Below, one piece after another: positions 6,113 to 12,733 of a DNA stretch of 12,744 nt. A program made the translations under genes and the position numbers. Numbering within the stretch: the stretch's first letter is position 1; each line of letters starts with the position of its first letter. The notes below the pieces were generated by a model. It worked only from the letters and a program-made list of their open reading frames with translations. It was not told the origin of the DNA and searched no databases. This stretch comes from a virus (lineage: Duplodnaviria; Heunggongvirae; Uroviricota; Caudoviricetes): the IMG/VR virus record IMGVR_UViG_2660238548_000016; one strand, 5' to 3'.

Positions 6113-7124
6113 AAAGGTGAAAACCGGCAGTTCATCCAGTAAGTCAGTATTGACCTGGCTTGCTGATATGTGCGGTGCCGATTTGTGTGCATACCCGTCT
6201 GTATCTGCACTGGCAGAAGTAACGGAACTGAACAAAAAGACTGTGCAGGACAGCTTACGACACCTGATGGAGATTGGGTTAATTGTTGATACCGGTGAGA
6301 GAAAAGGCCGGACAAAACAAATTGTGGTGTACCGACTTATCGGTGTTGAAGAAAGTGTTACCGAGGATGAATACACCCAAAAACGGGAGTCTTTAAAGGT
6401 AGGTAAAATTGGTACTGTTAATAAAAACAGAACCGAAAACGGTTATGTTTCAGCACAAAACAGCCCCAAAAACGGAACTCTTTGCTGCATGGAAAATAAC
6501 CAAAGACACCCAAATTTTCCATCAAAGACACCCAAAAACGGATCACGGAACCCAAAGGAACCCAAAGATTTAAACCCCACACATAACGCACGCGAGAGTG
6601 CTCCGACCAGTGAGCAGGAAGTTTTGTCGTTACAGGCAGTCCCCCCTGTATTCCTGGATGGCCTGAGCGAACCCATCGGAAAATTTCCGATGACCGATAA
6701 CTGGTATCCGTCACGGGATTTTCGACGACGGGCTGCGTTGTGGGGGATGGCTTTGCCGGAGACAGAATTCACACCTGCTGAACTTGCCGCATTCCGGGAC
6801 TACTGGGCAGCGGAGGGGAAAGTGTTTACGCAGGTTCAGTGGGAGCAGAAATTCGCCCGTCACGTAAATCACGTCAGGGCGCAGGTTAAACCAGTCAGCA
6901 AGGGGGTAAACCATGCAGCAGCACCAGGTGGAACCGCATCACGGGCAGTTCAGGAAATTCGGGCAGCACGTGAGCAGTGGGAACGTGAAAACGGATTTAT
7001 CAGCGACGGAAACGGCCTGGAAGCTGTGGGAGCTCATGGGGGAGGTTTATTCGAACCGCTGGACCCAGAAGAACGGGGCCGCACCTTCGAAGCTCTGGAT
7101 TGCACAGATTGGCGCGATGACTGA
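6084..7124 (+). CDS. Replication initiator (lambda O analog): N-terminal winged-helix HTH, C-terminal DnaT-like domain
   Basis: ATG at 6084 (MSIDALRWAKKV...) overlaps the upstream stop. HTH segment ...SVSALAEVTELNKKTVQDSLRHLMEIGLI...; C-terminal DNWYPSRDFRRRAALWGMALPETEFTPAELAAFRDYWAAEGKVF resembles DnaT-like phage replication proteins. Iteron-like repeats lie inside the gene. Confidence 0.75.
   Translation: MSIDALRWAKKVKTGSSSSKSVLTWLADMCGADLCAYPSVSALAEVTELNKKTVQDSLRHLMEIGLIVDTGERKGRTKQIVVYRLIGVEESVTEDEYTQKRESLKVGKIGTVNKNRTENGYVSAQNSPKNGTLCCMENNQRHPNFPSKTPKNGSRNPKEPKDLNPTHNARESAPTSEQEVLSLQAVPPVFLDGLSEPIGKFPMTDNWYPSRDFRRRAALWGMALPETEFTPAELAAFRDYWAAEGKVFTQVQWEQKFARHVNHVRAQVKPVSKGVNHAAAPGGTASRAVQEIRAAREQWERENGFISDGNGLEAVGAHGGGLFEPLDPEERGRTFEALDCTDWRDD
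6370..6570. repeat. Iteron-like direct repeats (putative replication origin) inside the O-like gene
   Basis: CCCAAAAACGG occurs three times (6376-6386, 6465-6475, 6531-6541), with related copies GAACCGAAAACGG (6429-6441), AGACACCCAAA (6505-6515) and GGAACCCAAAGGAACCCAAAG (6547-6567). Confidence 0.45.
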
Positions 7125-7578
7125 GCAGCAAATCCGGCAGGTCTGCCGCCAGTGCATGGACTGCTGCCGGGCGGGTGAAACATGGCCTCCGGACCTGGCT
7201 GAGTTTGTGGCGCTGATTTCGGAAAGCGGGGCCAATCCATTTGGTCTGACGGTGGATGCTGTGATGGAGGAGTACCGCCGCTGGCGCAATGAGTCCTGGC
7301 GATACGACGGAAGTGATAAGTACCCGTGGTCTCAGCCTGTGCTGTATCACATTTGCCTCGAGATGCGTTCAAAGGGGATTGAACGCCAGATGACCGAAGG
7401 GGAGTTAAAACGGCTTGCAGAACGGCAGCTGACGAAATGGGCAAAGCATGTTAGCAACGGCCTGAGTGTTCCGCCTGTCCGGCGACAACTGGCAGCACCC
7501 AAACGTCCTGCGGGACCAACGCCAATTGAGTTGCTGAAACAGGAATATGAACGCCGGAAAGCGGCTGGGTTTGTCTGA
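6913..7578 (+). CDS. Replication protein P-like (helicase loader), 221 aa
   Basis: AGGGGG 6 nt upstream of the ATG at 6913. WKLWELMGEVYSNRW...SKLWIAQIGAMTEQQIRQVCRQ...YPWSQPVLYHICLEMRSKGIERQMTEGELKRLAERQL parallels lambda P (W..A....ITT.EQ.....; YPW.....YWLV......; ...ELRRKAADEL). Overlaps the 3' end of the O-like gene by 212 nt in another frame. Confidence 0.7.
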   Translation: MQQHQVEPHHGQFRKFGQHVSSGNVKTDLSATETAWKLWELMGEVYSNRWTQKNGAAPSKLWIAQIGAMTEQQIRQVCRQCMDCCRAGETWPPDLAEFVALISESGANPFGLTVDAVMEEYRRWRNESWRYDGSDKYPWSQPVLYHICLEMRSKGIERQMTEGELKRLAERQLTKWAKHVSNGLSVPPVRRQLAAPKRPAGPTPIELLKQEYERRKAAGFV

Positions 7579-7610
7579 TTTGAGAAGTAATTTTTACCGG
7601 GAGGAAATTT

Positions 7611-8357
7611 ATGGAGACTGTTTTTGACGCACTGAAAGCGATGGGAAAAGCCACGTCGGTAGAGCTGGCTGCGCGACTTGATATCAGTCGTGAAGAAGTG
7701 CTGAACGAGCTGTGGGAACTGAGAAAGGCTGGCTTCGTTGATAAAAGCGTATACACCTGGCGTGTGGCTTATAACAACGTTCAGCAGGAACAGCCAGCGC
7801 CGGCAGAACTGTCGGAAGAAACCACCACGGCAACAGTCGCTAAAATTTCGGAGTGCGATTTAACTGCGACGGTTGAACAACGCGGACCACAAACGGCTGA
7901 TGAGCTGGCTACGTTGTTCGGTACAACATCACGCAAAGTGGCTTCAACGCTGGCAATGGCAATCAGCAAAGGTCGTCTGATTCGTGTAAACCAGAACGGT
8001 AAATTTCGTTACTGCATGCCGGGCGATAAGTTACCAGCAGAGCCGAAATCCGTGCCGGTAACGGAAAATGATGGTAAAGCCTTTCCTCAGTCAGCAGGTG
8101 TTGCGTTACCAGTACAGGAAGCTGCAACACAGGAAGATATTAAAACAGAAACTGTGGCTGATATTGTGCAATCGTTGCCATCGTTTACTGAAACGCGAGC
8201 GGATGACCTGGTTTTACCATCGCTGCATATGGCAAACCGCGAATTGCGTCGGGCGAAAAGTCATGTCCAGAAGTGGGAGCGAGTCTGCGCCGCGCTGCGG
8301 GAGCTGAACAAGCACCGAGATATGGTTGCCGGGATTTGTCGGAAGTCCGGGCAATGA
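7611..8357 (+). CDS. Phage protein with two tandem winged-helix (MarR-like) N-terminal repeats (DUF1627-like), 248 aa
   Basis: GGGAGG 6-8 nt upstream. Internal duplication: residues about 1-55 and about 85-140 share the pattern (ELA..L.(I/T)SR..V...L.....G.(V/I)), each resembling a winged helix. Confidence 0.65.
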   Translation: METVFDALKAMGKATSVELAARLDISREEVLNELWELRKAGFVDKSVYTWRVAYNNVQQEQPAPAELSEETTTATVAKISECDLTATVEQRGPQTADELATLFGTTSRKVASTLAMAISKGRLIRVNQNGKFRYCMPGDKLPAEPKSVPVTENDGKAFPQSAGVALPVQEAATQEDIKTETVADIVQSLPSFTETRADDLVLPSLHMANRELRRAKSHVQKWERVCAALRELNKHRDMVAGICRKSGQ

Positions 8358-8518
8358 GCGGATGGTGCAGGCCTGAAATTATGATACTAACAATGAAGGT
8401 AAAATGCATCGGCAGTCTGATTGGTCGTAGTGAGGCGGCGGTCAGGATGAAAGCCCGGGTTAAGGGAATAAGCCTGATTCTGCGGGGTAATTTTCACCAG
8501 TCAACAAAATATCCGTAG
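8354..8518 (+). CDS. Hypothetical small protein (54 aa), possibly translationally coupled (ATGA overlap)
   Basis: ATG overlaps the stop of the upstream gene; no recognisable family; coding status uncertain. Confidence 0.3.
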   Translation: MSGWCRPEIMILTMKVKCIGSLIGRSEAAVRMKARVKGISLILRGNFHQSTKYP

Positions 8519-8555
8519 CGCGATAACGGTCAAAAATCATGGCGCTGACACTTTT

Positions 8556-8798
8556 GTGCCACTGGAGATGACTGTACCTAAGTTCAGGGGAGAAGAACAC
8601 GTCCGGTGGGATGGTCGGGCCAGATTTAAAGGGCAGGTCATGGCTCCAGCCAGTACGCTGGCAATGGAGGCTGCCTGGCTGGAAATTGATATGGGAACCA
8701 CGCCACTCAGGGATTTACTGCCGGTCCAGAGAATAAATTCCTGTTACGGTTACACCACTGTGATCTTGCAAGTGCAGGAAAGTAGGTCTACACGGTAA
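8556..8798 (+). CDS. Hypothetical protein (GTG-initiated 80 aa, or 76 aa from the ATG at 8568)
   Basis: ORF in the operon orientation with no recognisable family and a weak ribosome-binding site. Confidence 0.3.
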   Translation: MPLEMTVPKFRGEEHVRWDGRARFKGQVMAPASTLAMEAAWLEIDMGTTPLRDLLPVQRINSCYGYTTVILQVQESRSTR

Positions 8799-9026
8799 CG
8801 CGAGTGCGTGTAACTTTTGATGTTATTTCCGTAGAAACACCGGACAAATTTTCGCTGGCAGGTCATGCTGAAGGTATAAATCTGCAGATTATGGACAATT
8901 ACGGATATCCGGCAAGAGCCGGAAAAAGCATGCCGCCTCTAATTCTCAGTGGAAGATGGACTTGATTATACTCATTGCATTGTCAGAAATAGTTATCCAT
9001 TAAAGGCTGGCTATTCCAAACAGGAT

Positions 9027-9050
9027 GTTGATTACAAAAATGTAATCAAC
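9027..9050. promoter_or_regulatory. Perfect 24-bp palindrome GTTGATTACA-AAAA-TGTAATCAAC (candidate operator) upstream of the binding-protein moron, with TATAAT at 9079-9084
   Basis: 10-bp perfect inverted-repeat arms separated by 4 bp, about 30 bp upstream of a consensus -10 hexamer and about 170 bp upstream of the ATG at 9217, in a strongly AT-rich intergenic region. Confidence 0.35.
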
Positions 9051-9216
9051 ATGTAAGGTTTATACTCTTCAATATGCGTATAATTTTCCTTATTTTGTTA
9101 ACTTTAAATAACAAGCTATGCACGAGGTAAAGTCGGATAAGTTTATCTGGATGTAATATATATTATTTGTAGTGTTTATAACTTTATTTCATGATAACCA
9201 ATAAAAGGAGTTTTTT

Positions 9217-9975
9217 ATGAGGAACATAATGGCAGGTTTTTTAATATTCCTGTCTTCTGCTGCTTATGCTGATATCAATCTGTATGGTCCTGGTGGCCCG
9301 CATACAGCCTTGCTTGATGCAGCCAAACTTTATGCCGAAAAAACAGGTATTATAGTGAACGTTCATTACGGCCCACAGAACAAATGGAATGAAGATGCCA
9401 AAAAAAATGCAGATATCTTGTTTGGCGCATCAGAACAATCTGCTCTGGCTATCATTCGGGACCATAAAGACAGCTTCAGTGAAAAAGATATTCAGCCTCT
9501 TTATCTGCGAAAAAGTATTTTACTGGTAAAGAAAGGTAATCCTAAAAATATCCGGAGTATTGACGACCTGACCAGACCCGGGATTGGCGTAATTGTTAAT
9601 GATGGTGGTGGTACCAGTAATACATCAGGCACTGGCGTCTGGGAAGATATTGCCGGACGTAAAGGGAATATAGAAACTGTCGCCGCAATCCGAAAAAATA
9701 TTATTTTATATGCGCCCAATAGCGGAACTGCACGTAAGGCTCTTGAGAATCAGCCTGAAGCAGATGTCTGGATAACCTGGGCTGACTGGGCAGCCAGTAA
9801 TCCAGAAATTGGTGATGTCGTGGAAATAGCGCCAGACTACGTGATATGGCGTGATATGAACATTACAGTACGTCAGGATGCAAATGATGAAACCCGTCGA
9901 TTTGCAGAATGGCTACAAACCGATGAAGCGGCGCCTGCATTCAAAAAATATGGCTGGACCAGGAAAGGCACTTGA
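9217..9975 (+). CDS. Secreted periplasmic substrate-binding protein, ModA-like (molybdate/tungstate-binding fold); orphan with no transporter partners in the window
   Basis: AAGGAG 7 nt upstream; signal peptide MRNIMAGFLIFLSSAAYA. ModA-like landmarks: ADILFGASEQS, LLVKKGNPKNIRSIDDLTRPGIGVIVND, C-terminal AFKKYGW. AT-rich codon usage unlike the neighbours. Confidence 0.8.
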   Translation: MRNIMAGFLIFLSSAAYADINLYGPGGPHTALLDAAKLYAEKTGIIVNVHYGPQNKWNEDAKKNADILFGASEQSALAIIRDHKDSFSEKDIQPLYLRKSILLVKKGNPKNIRSIDDLTRPGIGVIVNDGGGTSNTSGTGVWEDIAGRKGNIETVAAIRKNIILYAPNSGTARKALENQPEADVWITWADWAASNPEIGDVVEIAPDYVIWRDMNITVRQDANDETRRFAEWLQTDEAAPAFKKYGWTRKGT

Positions 9976-9981
9976 CATCCT

Positions 9982-10010
9982 CCACGTCCTTCAGGACGTG
10001 GATTCTTTTT
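9982..10010 (+). terminator. Rho-independent terminator after the binding-protein gene
   Basis: CCACGTCC-TTCA-GGACGTGG stem-loop followed by ATTCTTTTT. Confidence 0.7.
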
Positions 10011-10132
10011 CCGGATGCCGCGCCAGCGGCATGTAGGGGCAGCTCACAAAACGGAAAAAATTGTACGCTAAGCCTCGCCAGGTGAACTGAATTCATTCCG
10101 ATATGGGAATTCCCATATCGGACGAAAACGGC

Positions 10133-10160
10133 TTGCTGTAACGGCAGAGTTAAGTAGAAT
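10133..10160 (+). promoter_or_regulatory. Putative hok mRNA promoter (-35 TTGCTG, 16-bp spacer, -10 TAGAAT)
   Basis: Hexamers sit just upstream of GGTGCTTGAGGCTATCTGCCTC (10168 onward), which resembles the 5' end of the plasmid R1 hok mRNA as I recall it. Confidence 0.4.
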
Positions 10161-10167
10161 TGCTGCG

Positions 10168-10230
10168 GGTGCTTGAGGCTATCTGCCTCGGGCATGAACA
10201 CCAACGGCAGATAGATAAAAGCCCCACCCG
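10168..10230 (-). ncRNA. sok: Sok-like antisense RNA (antitoxin of the hok/mok system); boundaries approximate
   Basis: By analogy with R1 hok/sok, the antisense RNA should be complementary to the hok mRNA 5' leader. The minus strand here contains CUAUCUGCC...GGCAGAUAG followed by CCUCAAGCACC, the same architecture as the R1 Sok 3' region. Promoter not confidently located. Confidence 0.4.
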
Positions 10231-10256
10231 ACTATAAATCGAAGTGAGGCCCCTAT

Positions 10257-10469
10257 ATGCTCGTCACATATAGATTGCCTCTTACGGACCGAAAGGTCAA
10301 GGAGAAGCAGGCTATGAAGCAGCAAAAGGCGATGTTAATCGCCCTGATCGTCATCTGTTTAACCGTCATAGTGACGGCACTGGTAACGAGGAAAGACCTC
10401 TGCGAGGTACGAATCCGAACCGGCCAGACGGAGGTCGCTGTCTTCACAGCTTACGAACCTGAGGAGTAA
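10257..10469 (+). CDS. Mok-like overlapping reading frame (in-frame N-terminal extension of hok, 70 aa)
   Basis: In-frame upstream start sharing the hok stop codon, as mokC shares its stop with hokC in E. coli. Confidence 0.45.
   Translation: MLVTYRLPLTDRKVKEKQAMKQQKAMLIALIVICLTVIVTALVTRKDLCEVRIRTGQTEVAVFTAYEPEE
10314..10469 (+). CDS. hok: Hok/Gef-family type I toxin (51 aa membrane peptide)
   Basis: MKQQKAMLIALIVICLTVIVTALVTRKDLCEVRIRTGQTEVAVFTAYEPEE is near-identical in pattern to Gef/HokC; AAGGAGAAG lies upstream of the ATG. Confidence 0.85.
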   Translation: MKQQKAMLIALIVICLTVIVTALVTRKDLCEVRIRTGQTEVAVFTAYEPEE

Positions 10470-10538
10470 GAGACCAGGCGGGGGAGAAATCCCTCGCCAC
10501 CTCTGATGTGTCAGGCATCCTCAACGCACCCGCACTTA

Positions 10539-10570
10539 ACCCGCTTCGGCGGGTTTTTGTTTTTATTTTC
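10539..10570 (+). terminator. Rho-independent terminator of the hok transcript
   Basis: ACCCGC-TTCG-GCGGGT stem-loop followed by TTTTTGTTTTTATTTT. Confidence 0.7.
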
Positions 10571-10689
10571 AACGCGTTTGAAGTTCCGGACGGCGCCGGA
10601 ATAGAATCAAAAATACTTAAGTAGCGCGCAGGGAGAAGAGGGATGGACCCCGAACAGGGGAGTGCTATTTATCTGGAAGGATTCTGTTG

Positions 10690-10950
10690 ATGAAAATCGA
10701 AGAATTACGTGAAATTTTTAGTGAAGATGGCCTCTATACTGTGCGCGTTGAGAATGGCGCTATTGTCAGCCACTGCCGTATTAAATGTTTACAGTCTCAA
10801 CAAAGGAAGAGTGGAGCTGCGTTAATTCATTTTGTGGATGGGCTTGTGACGGATGGTTTTATTTTGCGTGCAAATGAATTTGTCACATCGTTGCCGTCTC
10901 TGAAAGACGCTGGGATTAAGGCTGGTTTTTCTGCTTTTGAAGATGAGTGA
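10690..10950 (+). CDS. Small protein at the rem position of Qin-type prophages (86 aa from the ATG at 10690)
   Basis: GGAAGGA 9 nt upstream. Position between hok and ydfU mirrors rem in Qin; the sequence itself is not independently recognised. Confidence 0.5.
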   Translation: MKIEELREIFSEDGLYTVRVENGAIVSHCRIKCLQSQQRKSGAALIHFVDGLVTDGFILRANEFVTSLPSLKDAGIKAGFSAFEDE

Positions 10951-11016
10951 ATTCATCTACAATTCAGCGCAGGGCTGAACCCCTGTTGAGTAACACTGTG
11001 CCACCGGAGAAAGCCG

Positions 11017-11295
11017 ATGGCGCAAAATTCCAGACTACACAATTCTGATAATTCAGCCGTCTTTGCCAGCAGGCACGGGCGGCGTTCTCATGCATTCAAA
11101 TCTGACTGGTTCCGGCACGACCCATGCACTGAAGAACAGGCCGAATGGCTGATTCAGAACTACCGCAGACGTGGGTATGAGTTTAGGAAAGCCCTCAGCC
11201 TCGATTATCGTCACTGGATAATCTCCGTCAGGCTTCCTTACTCCGAACGCCCACCGCGTCCGTCCCGCACATTCCAGCAACGGATCTGGAGGTAA
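11017..11295 (+). CDS. Hypothetical basic (Arg-rich) protein, 92 aa
   Basis: GGAGAAAG 6 nt upstream of the ATG; the stop is immediately followed by the Shine-Dalgarno and GTG start of the ydfU-like gene. Confidence 0.5.
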   Translation: MAQNSRLHNSDNSAVFASRHGRRSHAFKSDWFRHDPCTEEQAEWLIQNYRRRGYEFRKALSLDYRHWIISVRLPYSERPPRPSRTFQQRIWR

Positions 11296-11296
11296 C

Positions 11297-12346
11297 GTGC
11301 GGGTATTACTTCGACCTGTTCTGGTACCGGAACTCGGGCTGGTGGTCCTTAAGCCAGGTCGTGAATCCATGCAGGTATTTCACAATACCCGGGTACTGGT
11401 GGAGCCGGAACCGAAAAGCATGCGTAATCTGCCGTCCGGGGTCGTTCCTGCCGTTCGCCAGCCGCTGGTGGAAGACAAAACATTGCTGCCATTTTTCAGC
11501 GACGAACGAGTGATTCGTGCTGCTGGTGGTGCTGGTGCATTGTCTGACTGGCTGTTGCGCCATATTAAATCCTGCCAGTGGCCACACGGCGATTATCACC
11601 ACAGCGAAACTGTCATTCACCGTTATGGTACCGGCGCAATGGTGTTGTGCTGGCACTGCGACAACCAGCTACGGGACCAGACATCCGAATCACTCGAGCA
11701 ACTTGCTCATCAAAACCTGTCAGCATGGATGATTGACGTCATCGGTCACGCAATAAGCGGTACGCAGGAGCGTGAATTATCTCTGGCTGAATTATCCTGG
11801 TGGGCGGTCTGCAATCAGGTGGCGGACGCGCTACCGGAGGCCGTATTACGTCGTTCTCTGGGGTTACGTGTGGAAAAAATCCGCTCCTTGTACCGCGAAA
11901 GCGACATCGTACCGGGAGAGCAGACCGCCACCAGCATACTGAAGCAGCGCACAAAAAATATTGCGCTACCGCCTCACACCCACCAGCAACAGAACCCACC
12001 ACAGGAAAAGACGGTGGTCAGCATTGCCGTTGATCCGGAGTCTCCGGAATCCTTCATGAAACGACCTAAACGTCGCCGCTGGGTAAATGAGAAATACACA
12101 CGCTGGGTAAAGACACAGCCGTGTGCGTGTTGTGGTAAGCCAGCGGACGATCCTCATCATCTGATTGGTCATGGTCAGGGCGGAATGGGAACAAAATCCC
12201 ACGATATTTTCACGCTACCGCTGTGTCGGGAGCATCACAACGAGCTTCATGCGGATCCGCTGGCGTTCGAAGAAAAGCATGGTTCCCAGGTTGATTTAAT
12301 TTTTCGTTTTCTTGATCACGCCTTTGCAACCGGCGTGCTCGGGTAA
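11297..12346 (+). CDS. ydfU: YdfU-like DUF968 prophage protein (349 aa) with a C-terminal HNH/zinc-finger-like motif
   Basis: GTG start with GGAGG 5 nt upstream. Length and N-terminus MRVLLRPVLVPELGLVVLKPGRES... match Qin YdfU as I recall it. C-terminus CACCGKPADDPHHLIGHGQGG...CREHHNELH has the Cys/His spacing of an HNH-type fold. Confidence 0.8.
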   Translation: MRVLLRPVLVPELGLVVLKPGRESMQVFHNTRVLVEPEPKSMRNLPSGVVPAVRQPLVEDKTLLPFFSDERVIRAAGGAGALSDWLLRHIKSCQWPHGDYHHSETVIHRYGTGAMVLCWHCDNQLRDQTSESLEQLAHQNLSAWMIDVIGHAISGTQERELSLAELSWWAVCNQVADALPEAVLRRSLGLRVEKIRSLYRESDIVPGEQTATSILKQRTKNIALPPHTHQQQNPPQEKTVVSIAVDPESPESFMKRPKRRRWVNEKYTRWVKTQPCACCGKPADDPHHLIGHGQGGMGTKSHDIFTLPLCREHHNELHADPLAFEEKHGSQVDLIFRFLDHAFATGVLG

Positions 12347-12358
12347 AAGAGGTTACTG

Positions 12359-12733
12359 ATGCGTATAGAGTTTGTTTTGCTTTACCTGCCGACGGTGAAC
12401 ACCTACTGGCGACGTCGTGGCAGCACATATTTTGTATCAAAAGCCGGTGAGCGTTATCGCCGGGCTGTGGCGCTTATTGTTCGCCAGCAGCGGCTGAAAT
12501 TAAGCCTGTCCGGAAGGCTGGCGATAAAGATTATTGCCGAGCCACCGGATAAGCGCCGCCGTGACCTGGACAATATTCTGAAAGCGCCGCTGGATGCGCT
12601 GACGCATGCGGGGTTGCTAATGGACGATGAGCAGTTTGATGAAATCAATATCGTTCGTGCTCAGCCAGTATCTGGTGGACGTCTGGGGGTGAAGATTTAC
12701 CCCATAATGCTTGAAGGGCAGGTCAAAAAATGA
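12359..12733 (+). CDS. rusA: RusA Holliday-junction resolvase (124 aa)
   Basis: AAGAGG upstream. ...PPDKRRRDLDNILKAPLDALTHAGLLMDDEQ... matches the RusA catalytic region (DRRRRDLDN...DALT.AG...DD.Q). Confidence 0.85.
   Translation: MRIEFVLLYLPTVNTYWRRRGSTYFVSKAGERYRRAVALIVRQQRLKLSLSGRLAIKIIAEPPDKRRRDLDNILKAPLDALTHAGLLMDDEQFDEINIVRAQPVSGGRLGVKIYPIMLEGQVKK

Noticed and set aside
5326-6376. Minus-strand ORFs 5326-5688, 5728-6018, 5948-6376 and 6109-6315
   Set aside because: Antisense to dicC, the YdaT-family gene and the O-like gene; no support.
6418-7756. Minus-strand ORFs 6418-6714, 6443-6772, 6711-6914, 7000-7350, 7034-7444, 7047-7289 and 7451-7756
   Set aside because: Shadow frames within the GC-rich O and P coding regions; Arg/Ser/Pro-rich translations.
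7781-8409. ORFs 7781-7969 (-), 8068-8307 (+) and 8185-8409 (-)
   Set aside because: Internal or antisense to the tandem winged-helix gene; no independent evidence.
9501-9719. 72-aa minus-strand ORF inside the binding-protein gene
   Set aside because: Antisense to a well-supported secreted-protein ORF.
10011-10037. REP (repetitive extragenic palindrome) element
   Set aside because: Only partial resemblance to the REP consensus (CCGGATGC...GCGGCAT...GTAGG); too short and uncertain to call.
9941-10447. Minus-strand ORFs 9941-10204 and 10253-10447
   Set aside because: The first spans the terminator and palindromes; the second is antisense to hok/mok. The Sok antisense RNA is expected to be non-coding.
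11053-12648. Alternative-frame ORFs within and antisense to the ydfU-like and rusA genes (11053-11370, 11306-11656, 11517-11732, 11739-12002, 11800-12033, 11966-12202, 12210-12440, 12454-12648)
   Set aside because: Overlap the well-supported ydfU-like and rusA frames; typical shadow ORFs.
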